Shown here in pieces: positions 7,700 to 13,996 of a stretch of 64,000 bases of DNA. Numbering within the stretch: position 1 is the stretch's first letter; each line of letters starts with the position of its first letter. The stretch is taken from positions 8,003 through 72,002 of the forward strand of contig CAYLZO010000002.1 of assembly GCA_964387775.1 (NCBI GenBank), in the 5' to 3' direction. Source of the stretch: an uncultured Anaerolineaceae bacterium. GTDB taxonomy: Bacteria > Chloroflexota > Anaerolineae > JAAYZQ01. The notes below the pieces were generated by a model. The model was not told where the DNA came from. It ran no database searches and saw only the letters and a list, made by a program, of their open reading frames with translations. The position numbers and the translations under genes were made by a program.

Positions 7700-8491
7700 T
7701 CAGCGGGTGCGGCGTCGCCACTCTTTTTTCACAGAGAGCTGGTCCAACTGCTCCGGGGTCTCGACGTCCATGAAATCGCGGAGCAGGCGGGCGAACTTGG
7801 CCGTCTCGTCGAGCATGGGAAAATGGTGGGACTTGGAGAGCACGATAGCCCGGGCGGCATAGTGGTTTCGCTCCAGTTCGTCGGCCTGGTTGGGGTCGAT
7901 CACATTGTCCCGCTCGCCATAGACGGTCAGCAGGGGGACGTCTATTTCGTCCAGGATCGTGCGCAGATCGAGTTGAGCCACGGTCTGGATAGACAGGGCA
8001 ATGGCGTGCTCGGCGGTCTTGCTGACTGCCATCTCGACCTCAGGATAGGGGCGCTGCCGGTGCCAGAAGAGTCGGGCCATGGCGTCGTTAGGACCGGCTG
8101 AGAGGAGCCGGCGGTTGATCCCATCGGGCTTGAGGGGCAGGCCCACGGCCATCACCTTGCTCACCCGATCGGGCTGCTGCGCCGCGAGCTTGGCCGCGAT
8201 GGCCGCACCCAGCGTATGGCCCACCACCGGTGCCTGCCAGATGCCCAGCTCGTCCATGAAGGATAGGATCAGGTCTGTGTAGCGGTCCAAGTTGTACCGC
8301 TCTTTTGACTTGTCCGAATCCCCAAACCCCCACAGATCCAGGGCATAGGTGCGGAACTCGCGGGAGAGATCGTCCATCACCGGGACCCAATAGCGCCAGG
8401 AGCCAAGCCAGCCGTGGATAAAGATGACGGGCTTGCCCCGGCCAAAGATCTCGTAGTGTATGAGGTTGCCGTGAACCAGGATTCCGCTCAT
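7700..8491 (-). CDS. Alpha/beta hydrolase-fold protein with Thr at the nucleophile position
   Basis: 263 aa. HGWLGSWRYW oxyanion region. The nucleophile elbow reads GHTLGA (Thr codon ACG at 8213-8215) instead of GxSxG. Asp (GERDNVI) and His (SHHFPMLDE) are retained. Paralogue of the gene at 34478-35260. Confidence 0.8.
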   Translation of the reverse strand: MSGILVHGNLIHYEIFGRGKPVIFIHGWLGSWRYWVPVMDDLSREFRTYALDLWGFGDSDKSKERYNLDRYTDLILSFMDELGIWQAPVVGHTLGAAIAAKLAAQQPDRVSKVMAVGLPLKPDGINRRLLSAGPNDAMARLFWHRQRPYPEVEMAVSKTAEHAIALSIQTVAQLDLRTILDEIDVPLLTVYGERDNVIDPNQADELERNHYAARAIVLSKSHHFPMLDETAKFARLLRDFMDVETPEQLDQLSVKKEWRRRTR

Positions 8492-8526
8492 ATCTTTTTC
8501 GATTTGAACCGAATGTTCTCTCCCCT

Positions 8527-8907
8527 TTACGAGAGCTTTTCCAGCAAGACGGTGACGCGCTTGTACAACTCGTCCGGCGCGAATGGTTTCAGGATGTACT
8601 CCTCGGCGCCGAGCTCCAAGCCGTGCTTGATTTCGGCTTCTTGGCCGCGGGCAGACAAAAAGACGACGGGAATGTGCTTTGTCGAGTCCTGGGACTTGAG
8701 CGCCTGACAGGCCTCGTAGCCGTTCATTTTGGGCATGCGGACGTCTAGAAGGATCAGATCCGGCTGTTCCTTGGCAGCCTTGGTCACGGCGTCCTGGCCG
8801 TTGATGGCCTGCACCACGGTGAGTCCAGCAAACTGCAAGCTGTAGGTGATGAGTTGTCGAATATCAGGCTCATCCTCTGCTATGAGGACCTTCTTGTTCT
8901 GAGACAT
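8527..8907 (-). CDS. Single-domain CheY-like response regulator receiver
   Basis: KVLIAEDEPDIRQLI ... DLILLDVRMPKMNGYE ... PVVFLSARG ... KPF. Start placed at ATG 8907 with a GGAG RBS; the track ORF begins at an upstream TTG. Confidence 0.85.
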   Translation of the reverse strand: MSQNKKVLIAEDEPDIRQLITYSLQFAGLTVVQAINGQDAVTKAAKEQPDLILLDVRMPKMNGYEACQALKSQDSTKHIPVVFLSARGQEAEIKHGLELGAEEYILKPFAPDELYKRVTVLLEKLS

Positions 8908-8939
8908 GGTAGACTCCAAACTGAGAATTCAGTTGCCGC

Positions 8940-9536
8940 TCAGGTGTCGTCGCCGGACACTTCCAGGACCGCCACTGCGACGTCGTCCTTGCTGCTGCCA
9001 AAGCGCTCGACGATCTCGTGGGCCACGGTTTCGGGTGCCGCTTCTGGCAGGGCCGCCAAGCCCCCTTGCCGGATAAACTCGGACGAGATCCCGTCGGTAT
9101 AGATGGCGAGCCGATCTCCCGGCGAACAGTCGTAGCGGAACTCGATCAACTCGGGCAACCGGTGGCCCACCACCCCGTTCTGCGAGAAGGGCTGCATCGA
9201 CTCCCGGCTGTCGGCGTTAAAGCCGACGTTGCCCACCCCTACAAAAGACAGCTTTTTCGCCCGGTGTTCCACGCGGACGAGGGCTGCAACGATCCCTCGC
9301 GTCCCGTGCAGGGCTTTATGGCAATCGGTCAGAATCTCGACCAAGGGCCGGTTGCGGTTCGCTGCCACCCAGGCCACCGCTCGGCGCGAAGCTTCGGCGG
9401 CCGGCGGCCCGCTGCCCAGGCCGTCGACCACGGCAAGCAGGGTGCTGGCCTCGTCCTGCCAGACGCCGACGGTGTCTCCAGACGCCGACTCGCCATCCTT
9501 GGGACGGCAGACCGCGGCAGCTTTGGCGGTGATCAC
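8940..9536 (-). CDS. rsbX: RsbX-like PP2C feedback phosphatase
   Basis: 198 aa. Motifs are SGDTVGVW, LLAVVDGLGSGPPAAEAS, FVGVGNV and LAIYTDGI. Resembles B. subtilis RsbX (recalled) and sits directly after the RsbT-like gene. Confidence 0.75.
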   Translation of the reverse strand: MITAKAAAVCRPKDGESASGDTVGVWQDEASTLLAVVDGLGSGPPAAEASRRAVAWVAANRNRPLVEILTDCHKALHGTRGIVAALVRVEHRAKKLSFVGVGNVGFNADSRESMQPFSQNGVVGHRLPELIEFRYDCSPGDRLAIYTDGISSEFIRQGGLAALPEAAPETVAHEIVERFGSSKDDVAVAVLEVSGDDT

Positions 9537-9539
9537 GGG

Positions 9540-9941
9540 CTAGGGCAACCACTTGCAGGCGACCACCGTCGTGCCGCTGCCGACCTCTGACTCGATCTCG
9601 AACTCGTCCATCAGTCGTTTCGTTCCGGGCAGGCCCATTCCCAATCCTTGTGTCGTCGAATAGCCATTTTGCATCACCAGTTCCAGGTCCTTGATCCCGG
9701 GCCCCTGATCCTCGCAGATGATCTGGAGCCCTTCCTTTTCGTTGTGCTCGATTCTGTTCAAGATGATCTGCCCGCTATTGGCATAAAGCACCACGTTCCG
9801 TGCCAATTCCGAGATGGCCGTTGCGATCCGGGCCTGGTCGATGATGCCAAAGCCCATCTGCCGCGCCAGGTTGCGACCCTCGACGCGGGCGGCCACGATG
9901 TCCAGGTCGCTGTTGATGACGACGCGCTGTATTTCAGACAT
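9540..9941 (-). CDS. rsbT: RsbT-like stressosome serine kinase
   Basis: DIVAARVEGRNLARQMGFGIIDQARIATAISELARNVVLYA ... EDQGPGI ... GLGMGLPGTKRLMDEF is near-collinear with B. subtilis RsbT (recalled). ATG 9941 has GGAGG 9 nt upstream; the alternative start is ATG 9947. Confidence 0.85.
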   Translation of the reverse strand: MSEIQRVVINSDLDIVAARVEGRNLARQMGFGIIDQARIATAISELARNVVLYANSGQIILNRIEHNEKEGLQIICEDQGPGIKDLELVMQNGYSTTQGLGMGLPGTKRLMDEFEIESEVGSGTTVVACKWLP

Positions 9942-10314
9942 GGGCATCTTCCTCCACCGACAGGCGGCGCAAGATCTCGATGCCCTTCTCCAGGTTGAGG
10001 GCCGTGATAACGCCCCGCAACTCGACGCCCAGTTCGACCAGCGTGACGGCCACGGCGGGTTGCAGGCCCGAAACGACGACCTGGGTGCCCATCAGGGCGG
10101 CCATCTCGGCGATGTCGCCCGTGAGTTTGGCGATAAAGCTGTCCACGATCTCCATCGCCGTGAGATCCAGGATGAGGCCCCGGGCCTTTGTGTCGTAGAT
10201 GCGCTGGAGCAGATCGTCCTTGAACTGGGTCGCCGCCTTGTCGTGGAGCTGGGTTTGCACCGAGGCCACGAGAAAGTCCTGGATCTGCAAAATTGGAATC
10301 CGCGAAACTTCCAT
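9934..10314 (-). CDS. rsbS: RsbS-like STAS scaffold protein
   Basis: 126 aa: MEVSRIPILQIQDFLVASVQ ... GLILDLTAMEIVDSFIAKL ... VVSGLQPAVAVTLVELGVEL. Closely resembles B. subtilis RsbS, including the DS phosphosite. The 250-aa ORF in the track is an out-of-context extension. Confidence 0.9.
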   Translation of the reverse strand: MEVSRIPILQIQDFLVASVQTQLHDKAATQFKDDLLQRIYDTKARGLILDLTAMEIVDSFIAKLTGDIAEMAALMGTQVVVSGLQPAVAVTLVELGVELRGVITALNLEKGIEILRRLSVEEDAHV

Positions 10315-10802
10315 CAGTTGGCCCTCCCCTCCCCGTTCACTTGGGTGACTTGGAATCCCCGCTCGCTCAGCGCGTATTCGATGCCGGCCTGCAAATTGCT
10401 CCGGGTCACCACGCCCCCCAGGTCCAGGCCGAGCGTGACGATCGAGATGGCGGTCTCGTGGCTGATGCCCACCAGCACGCACTGGGCGCCCAGAAACGAC
10501 GCGGCCTTGATCGTCTTCATTAGGTGGTGGGCAACGGCCGTATCCACCATCGGCACGCCGGTAATGTCCAAGATGACGATCTCGGCCTGGTTGCGCACGA
10601 TGCCGTTTAGCAGATTCTCCATAATCCGCGAGGCGCGGGCTGCATCGATGGTGCCAACCAGCGGTACGGCCAGCACCCCTTCCCACACCTGGATCACGGG
10701 CGTGGACATCTCTTCAAACACACCTAGTCGAATTCGGCACTGGGCGAGTTGGGATCGGAGTTTCTCTATGTCGTTGGTTGTCTCGGTCGTTTTCTCGTTC
10801 AT
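10314..10802 (-). CDS. RsbR-type STAS protein, minimal (short coiled-coil N-terminus)
   Basis: 162 aa with an RsbR-type STAS domain: STPVIQVWEGVLAVPLVGTIDAARA ... ILDITGVPMVDTAVAHH ... LVGISHETAISIVTLG. Confidence 0.85.
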   Translation of the reverse strand: MNEKTTETTNDIEKLRSQLAQCRIRLGVFEEMSTPVIQVWEGVLAVPLVGTIDAARASRIMENLLNGIVRNQAEIVILDITGVPMVDTAVAHHLMKTIKAASFLGAQCVLVGISHETAISIVTLGLDLGGVVTRSNLQAGIEYALSERGFQVTQVNGEGRAN

Positions 10803-11767
10803 CGCTCCTGCGCCACCAATTCCATGGCATATTCGATGCCGGCTTGAAGGTTGCTGCGCGTCACCAGCTCCGAAAGGTCTACGCCCAATGTGACAATGAT
10901 CTCGGCCACGTTGGGGCGCAGCCCGGTGAGGACCGCCCTGGCACCCAACAGGCGGGCTGCGCGGGCCGCCTGGAGCAACGAGTGGGCGACGTTCGTGTCT
11001 ACCTGGGGCACGCCGGTGATGTCGATAATCACGACCCGGGCGTCGTGCTCCTCGATGCCCGTCAGCAATGCCTCCAGGATGCGGTCCGCCCGGCCCGGGT
11101 CCACGGCTCCGATCAGGGGCAGCACCAGGACCTCGTCGTGGACCGGCACAATCGGCGTCGAAAGCTCCTCCAGCGCCTCCTGGACCTGCCGGAAGAGGCG
11201 GTTGTTCTCGATAGCCACGGCGGCCTGGTTGGCGATCATGCCCAGGAGTCGGCGCTCGCGGGTGTCATAGACGCCGACCTCGTAGCTCTGGACCGAGATG
11301 ACACCCTTGACCTGGCCCCGGACCTTCATGGGCACCCCCAGCCACGAGCGGGCCTTTTTCCGTTCCTGCCCATAACGCTCCGGCTCCAGTTCAAAGCGCT
11401 CTCGGGCCTGGGCATAGACGTCGTCGAACAGGAGCGGCTGCCCATGTTCGATGATCCAACGCAGCAAAGGCCCCAGCTTTCGCTCCTCTGGCGGATAGAG
11501 CACTCCGTTGTCGGCGAACAAGGGAAAAAAGCCCCTCGTGGCGCCCGGCGCCGCCAGGACGATGTAGAACGCATCGACGGACAGCACCGCACAGATCTGC
11601 TGGTAAATGGTCTGGTACAGTTTTTCCAGCCTGGAGGACTCGAGCCCCAGGAACTGGCTGACCTGGTCGATGAGTTGCAGATCGGCCTCGTATTGCTTCA
11701 GCAGCTCCCTCAGCCGCTGGACGTCTGACCGGACGCCGGGCTCAGCCGGCAACCTGGTTTCAGCCAT
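10799..11767 (-). CDS. RsbR-type STAS protein with an N-terminal GAF domain
   Basis: 322 aa. GAF helix ANQAAVAIENNRLF, then STPIVPVHDEVLVLPLIGAVD ... IDITGVPQVDTNVAHS. ATGA overlap with the next gene. Confidence 0.85.
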   Translation of the reverse strand: MAETRLPAEPGVRSDVQRLRELLKQYEADLQLIDQVSQFLGLESSRLEKLYQTIYQQICAVLSVDAFYIVLAAPGATRGFFPLFADNGVLYPPEERKLGPLLRWIIEHGQPLLFDDVYAQARERFELEPERYGQERKKARSWLGVPMKVRGQVKGVISVQSYEVGVYDTRERRLLGMIANQAAVAIENNRLFRQVQEALEELSTPIVPVHDEVLVLPLIGAVDPGRADRILEALLTGIEEHDARVVIIDITGVPQVDTNVAHSLLQAARAARLLGARAVLTGLRPNVAEIIVTLGVDLSELVTRSNLQAGIEYAMELVAQER

Positions 11768-12851
11768 CGCCGACGATCCTCTTGCTCATCTTGGTCAGGG
11801 CGTGCTCGACGCCGCTTTGCAAGTTGCGTTTCGTATCCAGATGGCGCAAATCCACGCCGACCCGGATCATCTCGGCGGCTGATCGGGCGTGAAGGCCGAC
11901 GAGCAACACCTCTGCCCCCAGGAGCCGTCCGGCCTGGCCCATCGCTTCCAGGTGGTGCACGGTCTCCTCGTCCATTTCGAGCAAGCCGGTCAGGTCGATA
12001 ATGGCGACCTTGGCCCCGTGCTCGGCGATGCCGTGCAGCAGGGAGTGGCGGATGAGGTCGGCCCGGTGGGCGTCCATGTAGCCCACGATGGGCAGGACGA
12101 TGATCTGATCGTGCACGGCAATGACCGGCGCCGCCAGCTCTTCGATGGCCTCTAGAAGCCGTGCCTGCTGTTCGGTCCGAGCTTGCAGGTCGTTCAGGAG
12201 CACGGCCTGGTCGCGGCGCGCCGCCTGCAACTCTTCCGCCTGCTGGTGGGCCTCGTGAAGGGCCAGGGACAAGTGCCGGTTGCCGATCCAGTTGAGCACG
12301 GCCACCAGCAGCAGCACCAGGCCCAGGCTGAGGACGCTGGGCAACAAGGGCCACTGCAGCGGGATTTCACTTATCCCCAGGTGTTGCAGCAGGCCCACGA
12401 CGGCATAGAGCGCCCAGGCAATCACCGCCGTCACGATGCTCCCCTTGCCACCCAACAGCAAGCCGGCCAGGCTGACGGCCAGGAAATAGAGGACCACGTC
12501 GTTGATCTCGATCCCCGCCCGCCAGAGCGCCCAAGTGGTAAAGCCCAGCAGCGCGCCGATCAGGACGTAGCTGGTCACCTGCACCGCGCCCCGGCGGGAG
12601 AGAACATAGACGGCCGCACAGGCGGCCAGACCGACCCCCAGGGCCGCGAAGGAGGGCCACTGCATGGGGAGCCGAGTCGTTTCTGTGCCCGGGGTCAGCC
12701 ACAGCAAGAGATTGCTGGCCAGCCAGAGCACCCCGACGATGATCAGGCTGATGGCCGTCGCATTGAGCACCACCTCGCGAAGGGCCACCTCCGGATCGTC
12801 CGAGCGCCCGCCGAGAATCGATTGCAGGAAAGGCGGCATCCTAAGGCTCAT
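11760..12851 (-). CDS. RsbR-type STAS protein with a multi-pass membrane N-terminus
   Basis: 363 aa. About 190 aa of consecutive hydrophobic helices, a coiled coil, then STAS: AAPVIAVHDQIIVLPIVGYMD ... IDLTGLLEMDEETVHH. Confidence 0.8.
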   Translation of the reverse strand: MSLRMPPFLQSILGGRSDDPEVALREVVLNATAISLIIVGVLWLASNLLLWLTPGTETTRLPMQWPSFAALGVGLAACAAVYVLSRRGAVQVTSYVLIGALLGFTTWALWRAGIEINDVVLYFLAVSLAGLLLGGKGSIVTAVIAWALYAVVGLLQHLGISEIPLQWPLLPSVLSLGLVLLLVAVLNWIGNRHLSLALHEAHQQAEELQAARRDQAVLLNDLQARTEQQARLLEAIEELAAPVIAVHDQIIVLPIVGYMDAHRADLIRHSLLHGIAEHGAKVAIIDLTGLLEMDEETVHHLEAMGQAGRLLGAEVLLVGLHARSAAEMIRVGVDLRHLDTKRNLQSGVEHALTKMSKRIVGDG

Positions 12852-13996
12852 CCACCCGACCTCCCGCCCGGCGATTGGGGCGCAAACCCCGGTGGTCTCA
12901 CCGTGAGCTGCTGGCCCAGGATCGTCAAGGCGTGCTGAAAGCCACTCTGCAAATCCCGGCGCGTGACCACGTCTCCCAGCTTGACGCCAAGGGCTATCAA
13001 CGTCTGGGCGACCTCCGGCCGGATGCCGACCAGGATCGTCTCAGCGCCGAGAAGCCGCGTGGCCTTGGCCGTCTGCTTGACGGCCTGGGCCACCTGGGTG
13101 TCGACCTCGGGCACCCCGGTGACGTCCACGATCACCACCCGGGCGCTCTCCGCTTCGATGGTTGCCAGGAGATTGTCCATCAGGCGCTCGGTACGCGCTG
13201 CGTCCATGTGTCCGATCAGCGGGGTGACGATCACCCCCTCGTGGACCGGGATGATCGGTATGGAGAGCTGCTCCACCGTGTTCCATAGCCGCTGTTGTTC
13301 TGCCAGGCTGGCCTCCAGTTGATGGGCCGATTCGGTTCGCCGATCTACTTCTGCTTCTAGCTGCTCGCGGATCTCTTCCAGCACCTGGGCGTAGGCCAGG
13401 GCCTGGTGCTGCGATTCCAGGGCCTCGCCCAGCGCCCGCCTCACCTCGCGGTGAGAGAGCCAGACGATGACGGCCAGGGCCAGCAGCGCAATGCCCAGGG
13501 CGAGGCTGTCGGCGGCGAGGCTGTCGCCGGGCATCACCGGACGGGGCAGCCTGCCGGCCCGCTGGACCAGGCCCACGATAGCATAGCTTGCGGTACAGAG
13601 CAGAGCCAGGATGACGGCCGGCCAGACGCCGATGAGGACCCCGGCCATCACCGTCGCCAGGGCCAGGCCCACCAACGTGCTATGCCCGATGCCCAGGCGG
13701 ATGAGAATGGCCAGCATGGTCAAAAACAAGATCCCCGTGGGAATGTAGGCGGCCAGCCGCACCCGGCCCTGTCGCCCCAGCCAGTAGGCCAAACCGTAGA
13801 ACGGAATCTGGACAAAGGTATAGAGCATGCCGATGGCCGGCGAGTAGCCCATCAGCCAGGCCCACACGCTGGCCAGCCAGAGCACGAGGCTCAGCCCGCC
13901 CACGCCGACGAGCACCCGGTTCAGCACGTACTGCTGCCGGGCGACCTCCGGGTCGGACGAGGTTGGCGCCAGCCACATCGAGAGAGGCACCGTCAT
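12848..13996 (-). CDS. RsbR-type STAS protein with a multi-pass membrane N-terminus
   Basis: 382 aa. Hydrophobic N-terminal half, a coiled coil, then STAS: LSIPIIPVHEGVIVTPLIGHMD ... VDVTGVPEVDTQVAQA ... GIRPEVAQTLIALG. Confidence 0.8.
   Translation of the reverse strand: MTVPLSMWLAPTSSDPEVARQQYVLNRVLVGVGGLSLVLWLASVWAWLMGYSPAIGMLYTFVQIPFYGLAYWLGRQGRVRLAAYIPTGILFLTMLAILIRLGIGHSTLVGLALATVMAGVLIGVWPAVILALLCTASYAIVGLVQRAGRLPRPVMPGDSLAADSLALGIALLALAVIVWLSHREVRRALGEALESQHQALAYAQVLEEIREQLEAEVDRRTESAHQLEASLAEQQRLWNTVEQLSIPIIPVHEGVIVTPLIGHMDAARTERLMDNLLATIEAESARVVIVDVTGVPEVDTQVAQAVKQTAKATRLLGAETILVGIRPEVAQTLIALGVKLGDVVTRRDLQSGFQHALTILGQQLTVRPPGFAPQSPGGRSGG

Noticed and set aside
7420-7721. Small ORFs at 7420-7677 (plus strand) and 7518-7721 (minus strand) in the gap between the Wzy-like gene and the hydrolase.
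   Set aside because: They are explained by the tRNA-Sec gene and its promoter, and show no coding signal.
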